Shown piece after piece: positions 27,201 through 35,405 of a stretch of 38,123 nucleotides of DNA (its first letter is position 1; each line of letters starts with the position of its first letter). The stretch is from positions 1 through 38,123 of IMG/VR virus record IMGVR_UViG_3300014613_000054; one strand, written 5' to 3'. The stretch comes from a virus (lineage: Duplodnaviria; Caudoviricetes). The notes beneath the pieces are model-generated. The model was not told where the DNA came from, did no database searches, and saw nothing but the letters and a program-made list of their open reading frames with translations. The position numbers and the translations under genes are program-made.

Positions 27201-28907
27201 TCAATTCGTAACAGACTAGCAGCTGCCTTAGGTGTTGACTTAGCGGCATTGAACAAAGCGTTAAAGCCTTTACTGTCTACTGAGCTAAAGTTACGCCGGC
27301 CGTTTATCAGCCCTACGAGTAAGCGTTTTGGGGCTGCGTTTGTTGGCTCTACCAATGCCTTGGAAAAGTTTAAAGCGTACACTCTTATTATTGAACGTAG
27401 GCTTGCGTTTGATTCTGTAAGCCGTGAGGTCGAAAAGACGCTGCCTAACTTGATGCCAAACAACCGAAAGGTAGTTCGTGACCAGTACGAAGCAGCTATT
27501 GGTAGAGAGTACTGGGACACTAAGGCCGTTGACGAAATGTTTAGGTGGCTTGACTTAGAACCTGGACTGTTAAGTAGAGCGGCTGCCATTGAAGGCGCTG
27601 CACAGGCAACAATAAAGATAGGCTATAGGCCAGTCATGGCAATGGTTAATGCCATATTTGGTGTGGGTCATACGTACGTCGACCGTGGAGCGATTTCTCT
27701 ATGGCAGGGCTATAAGTTTATACAAACAAATGAAGGTAAGAAGCTTCTTAGCGAACTAGCTCTGCATATACCAAGTCACCACGTAATTGACCCAGAAGGT
27801 AACTTGCACACTTCAAGGAAAGTGTATAGTCCATTATACTTGTTTAACTTAGCTGAGGTTGGGAGTAGAAAGCTGGCTTTAGCAACGAACTATATTTATA
27901 TTAAAAGCCACGCAGAGGAGTTTGAGCTTTCACCGTTTGATGAAGACGGTATTCGCAGGGAAGCAGTAATCAGCTCTTACTTTCAGGAATTTATGTACGA
28001 TTTGTCTCTAATAGGCAGTGCGTTTCGTTCGCCTACTGGAAGGATTCTTGGACGATTTAAGCAATACCCAATACAGGAAGCGTTATATATAGCTCGTATA
28101 GCTAAAAGCCCTGCTAAGCTTGCTCGCTACTTAGGCTTGTTCTGGGCCGTTGGCGGTACTAGCGCTTTAATCGCTACGCTTAAAGGCTTTATTGGCCTAG
28201 GCTTTTTGTTTGATTTTGACGAGCTTGAAAAGTGGTTTGATAACAACTTGCCAGCAGTTGTGCATCGTGGAATACCTGGAGCTTTAGGCGTAGATATTAC
28301 GGCGGCTGTTACGCTACGCGTTCCGCAAACATTGCTTGAAGCAGTTGGGCCAACAGTGTCTGACGTTGTTAAATTTTATACCAAAGTTATAAAGCCTATT
28401 GCCGTTGGTGAAGGCTATCAGCCAGAAGCAGTCGGTGAGTGGGTTAAAGGCTCCGTAGTTATGCTACCGCACGTGCAAAAAGCAATTGACGCTATGTTTA
28501 GCGAAGATGGAGCAATCAAGGACCGGCAAGGAAACGTACTATATCATACAGATTCAGACTTACACTGTATAATTACGGCAGGCAAAAACATCTTAGGCGC
28601 AACGCCACTTGAAGAAGCTAGGATTAGGCTGCAAGTAAGTATTGCACAACGTGAAATTGCCATCAAACGCGTTCACAAAAGGCGTACGGCAGACGAAATT
28701 GTTAAGCGGTTGCTTAGCGGCGATAAGTTGCCAGACTGGCTTCTTGACGAAGTGGCGCAATTTGAAGTAGGCAAGCAGTCAATCGACGGCGCGATTGAGC
28801 GAGCTACAGAAGACAAAGCTATGCGGTTGTTTATGCGATCTGGCTTAAGTACGCGAGCTGATTTGCTGCCTATGGTTGAGGAATTGTATGGTGAAGAAGA
28901 GCAATAA
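24225..28907 (+). CDS. Large internal virion protein (1560 aa) with HExxH metallopeptidase-like motif
   Basis: Last gene of the structural operon. LVHELAHG motif, with hydrophobic segments near both termini. Confidence 0.7.
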   Translation: MTPEEFYKNSTLQGSQAAPSSIVTPEQYFGGLNEEWRKSSEVPKPASSVEALYHGLTAKGQPITTMQGLGRLVPFSQSLYGILAGSDYKAAVEHIRDGVATLYDEALVRKSFELQEQLPDEERASFSYNLGNMLGNTLPWMGEFVGAGLAFKPAAALTRAALGRAAATTLRGRAAVWLGGAVGQTIAQPTRIVENMIERRTPQISLQPGEKGELSFIVSEATDEEFWPALCKAMGETYIDTASEYFGEIPGRAVGYLKAGIIKNWLKRGAKTGVKRTPGMVAQLYRAAGWNGILGEMSEERLAELLKPTLFVTEHYVPPTGKQLLTEAVMFSLLGGAGKVADIGTEKVRRAYFPTNWERVAKPPLPGLVRIWQQEPGTDIWTQSPSLASDADLKVTFADVPKAEVDRASTINGREITYKPKKTVTLEGAYRWRTPLVNARRDLSTPGKALQKALYNAMSALPASEASPNTGQGLITKKQRRQAALALAAIEDAKAAVWADNENLKLTDKDAKRITIDDYYAKYKPEWVGLPGTAIGGQFDLANYMKTAYLRYGIGQRAADALVHELAHGYTALALEEDPKSLQALVENISQRLNLPPNEKIIESLPPGQDVAEPSRWYGPHFDTRGAFGEVGNNVFFSKALIEQIALDAERYVQLGIAPNQELQKAFTFLGDMYKDYVHKYNLGYVVGNQPQQIGGYQEGGPTPEGQTLTSPERVPQEFMHWYDSLFNYQNPIRKIESLFDYTVAESAKDSTRLAAAIFPVFQTLGNDKQARLIAYKIYNARATMKEAVERSITFVNSISKGLTEADVKAIEPMLQQLIDADQAKAEDLKASNPKVYNAAIGLRRIYDDYLTRIKAHIKNELIESQDDQAMKDALRAVVEGQMPVADAVAYYKLDEKTDAKRLASLAEEYSKIDSWGLKDYFTNMTVGSYRLLDDDGKVRVIATTRKTLAERTEQYVRGLITHGKAVPRLYLDNMLDSATPASLAVNNDAYFSIRNRLAAALGVDLAALNKALKPLLSTELKLRRPFISPTSKRFGAAFVGSTNALEKFKAYTLIIERRLAFDSVSREVEKTLPNLMPNNRKVVRDQYEAAIGREYWDTKAVDEMFRWLDLEPGLLSRAAAIEGAAQATIKIGYRPVMAMVNAIFGVGHTYVDRGAISLWQGYKFIQTNEGKKLLSELALHIPSHHVIDPEGNLHTSRKVYSPLYLFNLAEVGSRKLALATNYIYIKSHAEEFELSPFDEDGIRREAVISSYFQEFMYDLSLIGSAFRSPTGRILGRFKQYPIQEALYIARIAKSPAKLARYLGLFWAVGGTSALIATLKGFIGLGFLFDFDELEKWFDNNLPAVVHRGIPGALGVDITAAVTLRVPQTLLEAVGPTVSDVVKFYTKVIKPIAVGEGYQPEAVGEWVKGSVVMLPHVQKAIDAMFSEDGAIKDRQGNVLYHTDSDLHCIITAGKNILGATPLEEARIRLQVSIAQREIAIKRVHKRRTADEIVKRLLSGDKLPDWLLDEVAQFEVGKQSIDGAIERATEDKAMRLFMRSGLSTRADLLPMVEELYGEEEQ

Positions 28908-28942
28908 TTGGATTGGCTTTTTTTCGGCCAAAGCAATTATTG
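28901..28942 (-). terminator. 42-bp dispersed element, copy 5, at the convergence of both arms (possible bidirectional terminator)
   Basis: Plus strand GCAATAATTG-GA-TTGGC-TTTTTTTCG-GCCAA-AG-CAATTATTG(C) forms a long hairpin and contains both convergent stop codons. Confidence 0.65.
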
Positions 28943-30151
28943 CCTTTCGTTATAATGCAGTATCACTTGTCCTGTTTGCTTATACTCAATCTTTATATAG
29001 TGCATAGCTTCTAACGTAGCTAGAATCTTTTGCATATCGTTCTTGTCAGCGTCGTCCAAATAAAGTCGGATTAGCTCGCCTAGTTCGATATTCCCTTTTG
29101 CGGCTATTGTTTTTTGTACCGAAGCAAGAATGCTTGCTTTAGTATTCTGCCCTACGTGCTCGTAAACCTTAGGCATAAGCTCTTCTGTTTCTGCAAGCAA
29201 TTTGCTTGCTCTAACAAAATCCACAGCTTGTAAAACCATACCGTCGGAACGTGAAGCACTTAGAACCATGCAAAGCTTTATTAAGTGTATTTGCCGTCTA
29301 GCTATGTAATGCTGTAGTTGCTCATGCTTCAATAACGGATGGTTATCTTGCTCTTCGTACCACGGTACGTATAGATCAACCCAGCTTTCGTCTGCTACAA
29401 ATCTGCCTCGTAGATTGCCTATAAGGTCTAAGTCGTGTAAGAGCGTTTCGAAGAGCTGTAGCTCAGCTACAGTAGGAATAGGAATAGCAACTCGTTTTCC
29501 ACGCCCGGCAGCGTATACGAATATAACTCTGCTAGCTAGGCCGCCGCCTACTGCAGCGGTGGAAGCACTGCTGCTGACTTCGTCAGCTAGAAGCTTGCGT
29601 AAAAGCTTAGGTGTAGTGCAGCCAATTAGGTTGAGCCAAACACCACTTAGGTAGTTAGTGTTTTTGTTCTTGGTTCTGTAGGTCCAACGATCTTTACAAT
29701 CATACAAGTCACATAGGTCCGACAAGAATTGTGGATTATTATAGCCTAGGAACACAGCCAGTTCACCGCTTAGAACAGTTAGCGAGCAATGAAAGTTAGG
29801 CTTGGCAACTCCGACGTTAGTTTGATCAACTAACATATCCTTGCACTCTTCAAGCTCTTGGATAAGCGCCTCATTAGTTATCCGTTCAGCAGCAAGCCTA
29901 ATGTTCAAACGTCTAAGCAGCTTGCTTATTTTGTCTACGGCACTTCCTTTACGTGACATGCCTGGGTTGCCGACTAATACTATGTAAAAGTTTGGGTATA
30001 TAGCATCAGCCCACTGAAAAAAGCACTTACGCTTAAGCACGGCAGCTATAGCCGAAACTCCAGCCCATTTACGTAATAGTTTAGTCGGCTCAGTATTATC
30101 TGTAAGTTCCATATAGCTATCGAGCCAATCGGGCAAACGTCTAGTTGACAC
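28937..30151 (-). CDS. DUF3987-like P-loop NTPase, putative replication (helicase-related) protein
   Basis: YPNFYIVLVGNPGMSRKGS P-loop variant, and FLSDLCDLYDC, GGGLASRVIFV motifs. Winged-helix-like C-terminus. Adjacent to the polymerase. Confidence 0.7.
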   Translation of the reverse strand: MSTRRLPDWLDSYMELTDNTEPTKLLRKWAGVSAIAAVLKRKCFFQWADAIYPNFYIVLVGNPGMSRKGSAVDKISKLLRRLNIRLAAERITNEALIQELEECKDMLVDQTNVGVAKPNFHCSLTVLSGELAVFLGYNNPQFLSDLCDLYDCKDRWTYRTKNKNTNYLSGVWLNLIGCTTPKLLRKLLADEVSSSASTAAVGGGLASRVIFVYAAGRGKRVAIPIPTVAELQLFETLLHDLDLIGNLRGRFVADESWVDLYVPWYEEQDNHPLLKHEQLQHYIARRQIHLIKLCMVLSASRSDGMVLQAVDFVRASKLLAETEELMPKVYEHVGQNTKASILASVQKTIAAKGNIELGELIRLYLDDADKNDMQKILATLEAMHYIKIEYKQTGQVILHYNERQ

Positions 30152-30166
30152 TTAGGCGGCCTCTCA

Positions 30167-32644
30167 TTAAACTTCTAAGTCTTCTACTTCTTCAGTTGAA
30201 ATCTCTTCAAGCAACTTAGGCTTCTCTACATCTTGCTTAGCTACTTTAGCCAGTTCCTTAGCCAAAAGCTCAACGGTAGGGTTGTCGTTCCAATTAACTT
30301 TCTTCAGATCACGTAGGTTGTAACCCATCTTGCACTCTGCTGGAATAGAGAAGCTACTTGCTCGCCAATACAACGGCCTTTGCATACGTTCTTTAAGCTC
30401 CAAAAGCATCCTTGCGTGGGCTTCCCAACCTATGCTCAACGGTACTTCGAAAGCTACGCTATCGTGGACTTGATCCATTAGTATTGCCGGGCCAAATTTA
30501 TCTTGTTCGTAGTAAATTGGTATTAAGCCAGTGAAGTTAATATGATCACCTACCGTGGATTGTGGAATAAAAGCGTAAGCTTGCCGAAACAGTTCATCGT
30601 CCCAGCGGTCCAAGAACAATCTCTTGCGCCCATACGGCGTAGTAAGCGTGCGGTTTTGCTTTAATTGCTCGCGCACCCACGGCCAGAAACTGCCTTCAAT
30701 GGCTGAAAATAAAGAGTGAAAGCTGCTACGTATATGCCGCCCTTCAGCTTCGGAAACGCCGTACTTTACAGCAAAAGAACTAGGCCCAAAGCCGTAGTCA
30801 AACGCATGGTTTGCTTTCTTGCCCCAGTCACGTTGCGACCCATCACCGTTGCCTAGCGTACAGCTTCCCGGTACGCGCGAAACTTCAGTAGGCTTAATAC
30901 CAAAAATAACGCCGGCTGTTATTGCGTGGATGTCTTGGCCGGTTTCGAAAATCTCAATCATCTTAGGCTCTGGCGCTATATACGCACAGACACGTATATC
31001 AGCTTGCTCTAAGTCAAGCTCATAAATAACGTAGTCATCGTCGGCAACGAGAAACCTTCTAAAGCTCTTAGGTAAGTTTTGCATGTTACCGCCAGTGCCA
31101 AAAATGGTTTGCGACGATGATACACGACCAGTGGTAGTGCCTACTGGATTGAACGACGAGCGTAAACGGTCATCGTCGTCTAGCTTCATAGTAAGATACG
31201 TGCCTAAAAGTTTTTCAAGCTTACGTATATCGAGCAGTTTTTGTGCCTCGGTTATGCCACGACGAGCCAAGCGTTGTAGCGCCTCTGCGTCTATTGTAGG
31301 GTTGCCAGTTTTTCTAGCAATGTATGGCGTTATGCCCTTGCCTTCGTAGAAGTAATCCATCATTTGCTTGTTACTGTTAGTGTTTAGCTCTTTGCCACAG
31401 AGAAGTAAGAACTCTAGCTTAAGCTTATTAAGTGCTAGCTCTGCTTCTGCCCGTGTTTCTGCTTGTGCCTTAGTATCAACCTTGATACCGTGTCGCTGCA
31501 TAAATGCTAACGGCTCTACCAGCTTTAATTGGCGTAAGTATGTTTCGTAATTTCCAAAGTGTTGCAGCTCTTTTTCAAGCTTAGGCATAGCTTCAATGAC
31601 AACCGCTGAGTCCTTAGCGTTGTAAAGCCAGAAGGATTCATAACTACCAGAGATCCTTTTCCACAGCTTGCCTTCGTCTTTATAGTATGGCTCGCGAGTG
31701 TAAACGCTAGTAATAAAGCCTAAATTAGCAGGAAAGTCTGGCCATAGTATCTTGTGGGCAATCATGGTGTCGCCGTAATTATGTGGCGAAATGCCGTATT
31801 GCTCGTGCAAAAATTGAAAGTCAAATAGGATATTCTGGTTTATCTTTTTAATATCTGGGTTGTTAATCAGTTTAGCAATCTCTCTCCAAAGTTTCGCTTC
31901 TTGTTCTGGGTCGAAGTACTCGCCTTGTTCAGCAACTAGAGGTATGGAAATTCCATCACTTGGATCTAAGGCGAAGCTTATGCACGAGACAGTTCGGCCT
32001 ACAACTTCTATGTCTAACGCGACCTCGTTTGCTGCGTTGCAGCGAGCAAGAAAAGACATTGCGTCGTTAAAGGAAGGGCGCAAGCGTAAGTTGCGTTGCA
32101 GCAAATGAAGGTCTGGCGTTTTGCTTTCTTCCAGGGCACAGCGTAAGTCGTTCAAGATTGGATAACGATATAGATATTCACGTAGAGCAGCGCTAGGATG
32201 GATGCAAGGAATTAGCTTTATACTACGGGCTTCCGTTTCGTTGTAGGAAAGTATACTTCCACGGCGTTTAACAATTCCAGTAAGGCCAGTAAGCGCGTAA
32301 AGTGGAATTGCTCCAAGGGCAACAATAACGTTTGGACTGCAAGCACTAAGCTCTCGTTTGAGTCCGAGAATGTAATTGTTACCTTCTGGCGAGACCTTGG
32401 CCGTGCGGCCTTTGAGTGAGATGAACTTTGTAATGTCATTTCCCGACGGCCTTTCTTTTACAACGTTGGTTATATAACATTCCGTGCGGGCTATGCCAGC
32501 CTTGCGTAGTAAGTCGTCAAGCAGCTCTCCAGCAGGGCCAACGAACGGCCGGCCTAAACGCTCTTCAACTTCGCCAGGAGCTTCGCCAACAAGGGCAATC
32601 TTGGAAGTTTTCTGTCCTTCTGATAAAACTAAAATCTTGGACAT
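30167..32644 (-). CDS. polA: Family A DNA polymerase with N-terminal uracil-DNA glycosylase-like domain and 3'-5' exonuclease
   Basis: UDG family-4-like LVGEAPG, YITNVVK, HPSAALR. Exonuclease DIE, NILFD, YNAKD. Polymerase TGRVSS, motif A DLEQADIR, motif B KKANHAFDYG, motif C VHDS. ATG 32644 has a GGAAAGGA RBS. Confidence 0.93.
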   Translation of the reverse strand: MSKILVLSEGQKTSKIALVGEAPGEVEERLGRPFVGPAGELLDDLLRKAGIARTECYITNVVKERPSGNDITKFISLKGRTAKVSPEGNNYILGLKRELSACSPNVIVALGAIPLYALTGLTGIVKRRGSILSYNETEARSIKLIPCIHPSAALREYLYRYPILNDLRCALEESKTPDLHLLQRNLRLRPSFNDAMSFLARCNAANEVALDIEVVGRTVSCISFALDPSDGISIPLVAEQGEYFDPEQEAKLWREIAKLINNPDIKKINQNILFDFQFLHEQYGISPHNYGDTMIAHKILWPDFPANLGFITSVYTREPYYKDEGKLWKRISGSYESFWLYNAKDSAVVIEAMPKLEKELQHFGNYETYLRQLKLVEPLAFMQRHGIKVDTKAQAETRAEAELALNKLKLEFLLLCGKELNTNSNKQMMDYFYEGKGITPYIARKTGNPTIDAEALQRLARRGITEAQKLLDIRKLEKLLGTYLTMKLDDDDRLRSSFNPVGTTTGRVSSSQTIFGTGGNMQNLPKSFRRFLVADDDYVIYELDLEQADIRVCAYIAPEPKMIEIFETGQDIHAITAGVIFGIKPTEVSRVPGSCTLGNGDGSQRDWGKKANHAFDYGFGPSSFAVKYGVSEAEGRHIRSSFHSLFSAIEGSFWPWVREQLKQNRTLTTPYGRKRLFLDRWDDELFRQAYAFIPQSTVGDHINFTGLIPIYYEQDKFGPAILMDQVHDSVAFEVPLSIGWEAHARMLLELKERMQRPLYWRASSFSIPAECKMGYNLRDLKKVNWNDNPTVELLAKELAKVAKQDVEKPKLLEEISTEEVEDLEV

Positions 32645-32791
32645 CAAGTAGTTCCTTTCCAATGGTTTTTTTGCTTGCGCTCAGCAAGCAAGCAATGAAA
32701 CTGCTTTGGAACATCAGATAACTTTACTTCTAAAAAGGCAGTAAAGCTAGCGTCAGGCAACTTAAACAGAGTATAACCTGGCTTAGTTGTT

Positions 32792-34171
32792 TCAGGAAGA
32801 GATTTCTGAAGTATCTGTCCCGGCTTCAGTTGCCTGGCTAACCATTCCCGAAACTCCTCGTGCAGGTTCTGTTTTGTCTTTGATACTTGCGAGTCTCCTA
32901 ATGAAATCATTTTTAAAGTCTTGAGAAAGATCATAACCAATAGCTTTCTTGCCTTGGTTGTAAGAAGCAATCAAAGTATTTCCAGAGCCTAGAAAGGGAA
33001 CAAGGACTAGTCCCATAGGACGACACAGCGTACTTATAATATCTTCCATTAGTGGAACTGGTTTTGCTGCAATATGTGGGCCGTCAGATGCAGATGGAAC
33101 AATGTAAAATACATTACTTCGCATACGTTGTAACGGAGCTTTACCTTTTGGTAGATGGTAAATTGTTTCGTAAGCAGTAAGTAGACGCTCGTAAGCTCCG
33201 CGAACGCGTGGGCCTACGTACTTGATAGGTTTAAACCATATGGCGGGAACATATGTTTTGCTTACGTTAAAGCCTGCTGCTCTAGCCGCGTCCATAATAA
33301 TGGAGCAGTATTGCGTACGGTGCCATAAAATTAGCCAGCTATCTGGCTTTAAAACCCTGTAGCCCTCGCGTAGGCAGTTAGCAATTAGTTCTGGCTGAAG
33401 TTCTTCAGGAACTTCTGTGTAGCCACTTTCTTTAGCGTCCTTGTCTGGATGCAGGTTTGCTAGGTCAACACCCCACGGTGGGTCAAGGTCGATAAAGTCA
33501 AACGTAGAGTTTGGCAAGCTTTTAACTTCCTTTAAAAAGTCGCCGACTATAAAGCTATCTGCTATGTTCATAATGTCAGACTTAGTTTTAAGTTCTTCAA
33601 CTCTAGTGGCAATCTCAGCGCTTACGCCCTTGACAATACTTGAAGCAAGCAAACGCTGAGCTTCTTTCTTGCTCTTAGCAAGTTTGCGCAACTCAGGACT
33701 GCTCTCTAACGCTCTTGATAGATTTATGTCATCGAGTACGGTGGACTTACTCTCCCCTAACAACGTTCCAGTATCGCGTAGCGACCAGCGCGGTTTGTTT
33801 GTCAAACCTTCTGTGGCAATAGCTGTTTTTAGATCATGAATTTGTCTAGTTAAGTCACAAGCTTCATCCCACGAAAGGTCCAAGCGTTGAATGTTTTCTT
33901 CTAGCTCAATCTCTTTCATCATTAAAGGCGACAACTCTTCACTATAGACCAGAGCTACAACTTCTGCTAGGCCAGCATTAATACACGCTTGAAAGCGCCG
34001 GCCACCAGCAAGTAAGCGATACTTGCCGTCCGGTTGTTTTACAACTACAATGTTTTGCAACTGGCCTTTAGATTTAATAGACTCAGCTAATCCGTCTATA
34101 TCGCCTAGAGCTTGGCGGATACGATCTTCCACTACAACAGCGGATATTGAAATGGTGCAAACTTGCTGCAT
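32792..34171 (-). CDS. ParB-like domain fused to N6-A/N4-C DNA methyltransferase
   Basis: ParB N-domain (GQLQNIVV, LLAGGRR, ELEENIQRLDL) and HTH, followed by catalytic DPPW preceding SAM-binding PFLGSG (beta-class order). Confidence 0.88.
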   Translation of the reverse strand: MQQVCTISISAVVVEDRIRQALGDIDGLAESIKSKGQLQNIVVVKQPDGKYRLLAGGRRFQACINAGLAEVVALVYSEELSPLMMKEIELEENIQRLDLSWDEACDLTRQIHDLKTAIATEGLTNKPRWSLRDTGTLLGESKSTVLDDINLSRALESSPELRKLAKSKKEAQRLLASSIVKGVSAEIATRVEELKTKSDIMNIADSFIVGDFLKEVKSLPNSTFDFIDLDPPWGVDLANLHPDKDAKESGYTEVPEELQPELIANCLREGYRVLKPDSWLILWHRTQYCSIIMDAARAAGFNVSKTYVPAIWFKPIKYVGPRVRGAYERLLTAYETIYHLPKGKAPLQRMRSNVFYIVPSASDGPHIAAKPVPLMEDIISTLCRPMGLVLVPFLGSGNTLIASYNQGKKAIGYDLSQDFKNDFIRRLASIKDKTEPARGVSGMVSQATEAGTDTSEISS

Positions 34172-34172
34172 A

Positions 34173-34409
34173 CTAATTATCCTTGCTAGGAATTTCGATT
34201 CCTAAAGACTTAAAGATAGCAATAGCTTCGTTGGTAGAAGCAGGCACGGCTTTTGTCGGTTTAGCTTTTTTTGCTTTTGCTACTCCAGCAGTACTTGTTG
34301 CTCTAGCTCTGCGATTCATACGAACCGTTAAAATGACCTGGAGTAGCTCATCCGTAGACATAGCTTTAACGTCTTGGCCTAGCATAGTGCTTAAGGTTTC
34401 TAAGTCCAT
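34173..34409 (-). CDS. Hypothetical protein
   Basis: GGAG RBS, 78 aa, tightly packed. Confidence 0.7.
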   Translation of the reverse strand: MDLETLSTMLGQDVKAMSTDELLQVILTVRMNRRARATSTAGVAKAKKAKPTKAVPASTNEAIAIFKSLGIEIPSKDN

Positions 34410-34412
34410 TTG

Positions 34413-34652
34413 TCAGTCTCCTTGCTCTTCGTATTGCACAAACTCTTTGACGTTGAGTTTTCTGAGAGCTACTGCACGGATAAAAGCGTCACGCGACTCT
34501 TCGCTTGCAGTAACCACTTCAACAACGTGATCAATAAAGGCATCGAATATGCTAGTCTTTATGCCCCAAGGGAGTTTGTATTGCAAAATACGGTACGCTT
34601 CCTTGTCAACGCGGATAGTCATGTTCTTTTTGCTGTCGCTGGGCTTTTCCAT
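34413..34652 (-). CDS. Possible ribbon-helix-helix DNA-binding protein
   Basis: N-terminal KNMTIRVDKEAYRILQ has the alternating strand plus helix pattern of RHH proteins. AAGGT RBS. Confidence 0.5.
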   Translation of the reverse strand: MEKPSDSKKNMTIRVDKEAYRILQYKLPWGIKTSIFDAFIDHVVEVVTASEESRDAFIRAVALRKLNVKEFVQYEEQGD

Positions 34653-34716
34653 TTAACTACCTTCTCACTTTCTGCAACGATCTACAATGTAGCATCTTAG
34701 AGGTTCCTTTAGTTTT

Positions 34717-34758
34717 GCAATTATTGTACTGTCTTTTTTTCGGCCAATAAAATAATTG
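34717..34758 (-). promoter_or_regulatory. 42-bp dispersed element, copy 6
   Basis: Minus strand CAATTATTTTATTGGCCGAAAAAAAGACAGTACAATAATTGC, abutting the stop of 34759..35067 and upstream of the replication operon. Confidence 0.7.
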
Positions 34759-35067
34759 TCATTCCTTAACCTTACTAGGCTTGTCAACCTTATCTAAACG
34801 GTTTTTTAGCGTGCTGACTGCTTCATAGATTCCACGATTAAAGATTTGTTGGTTTAACGTGTAAGACGTAAGCTCGTCAGCTTGCCTTGAAATAGCAAGT
34901 AGCTTAGCGTCTAAGCTTGCTAGGCGTGCGAGTGTGTGGCTGGTATTGGTTTCAACTTGCTCAACCCACGCATTCTTATATACGTCGTGTTGCTCAACAG
35001 TGTCTTTGCCCTGGCACGCACTAAGGATCAGCACCGTGGTAATTAACGTAAGGGTTTTGCTAAACAT
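34759..35067 (-). CDS. Predicted lipoprotein
   Basis: MFSKTLTLITTVLILSAC with LSAC lipobox, coiled-coil body and AAGGA RBS. Confidence 0.75.
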   Translation of the reverse strand: MFSKTLTLITTVLILSACQGKDTVEQHDVYKNAWVEQVETNTSHTLARLASLDAKLLAISRQADELTSYTLNQQIFNRGIYEAVSTLKNRLDKVDKPSKVKE

Positions 35068-35119
35068 AGTTAGTTCCTTTCAAAATGAAATCTAGTTAGC
35101 TAAAAGGCTAACTTTTGTT

Positions 35120-35392
35120 TTACTTAAAAACAAAATACTTAAACCGGCCGTGAACAAGATCGTTAGCTGGGCAATAGGCAATACGCAGACCTTCGAAGAA
35201 AATGAAAACCAGAAATATGAATAGTAAAATATAGGCAATGGCCCGTAACTTCCTATTTTCAATCAACGGCCGCGGCGCATATTCTAGCCACCATAGTAAA
35301 AGCAAAAATAGAACAATGACTGGAAGACTCCCAATAAGTTCCGTTAGGTAATAATCTACTTTCATGGCAGCACCCACTTTAAGTTTGGCCAT
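35120..35392 (-). CDS. Two-TM membrane protein
   Basis: Two strongly hydrophobic stretches. Start reassigned to ATG 35392 (or 35365). Confidence 0.6.
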   Translation of the reverse strand: MAKLKVGAAMKVDYYLTELIGSLPVIVLFLLLLWWLEYAPRPLIENRKLRAIAYILLFIFLVFIFFEGLRIAYCPANDLVHGRFKYFVFK

Positions 35393-35405
35393 AATGCGTT
35401 TCTTC

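Noticed and set aside
24225-28907. Virion RNA polymerase (N4- or crAss-like)
   Set aside because: I could not find DxDGD or T7-type polymerase motifs. A structure search would be needed to exclude it fully.
32644-32970. 108-aa minus-strand ORF between MTase and polymerase
   Set aside because: More than half overlaps the MTase and I found no convincing start with RBS. A short gene in the gap is possible but unsupported.
35094-35120. Hairpin AGTTAGC-TAAAAG-GCTAACT followed by T-rich sequence
   Set aside because: The T-tract is on the + strand while flanking genes are on the - strand, and the stem is weak. Not called as a terminator.
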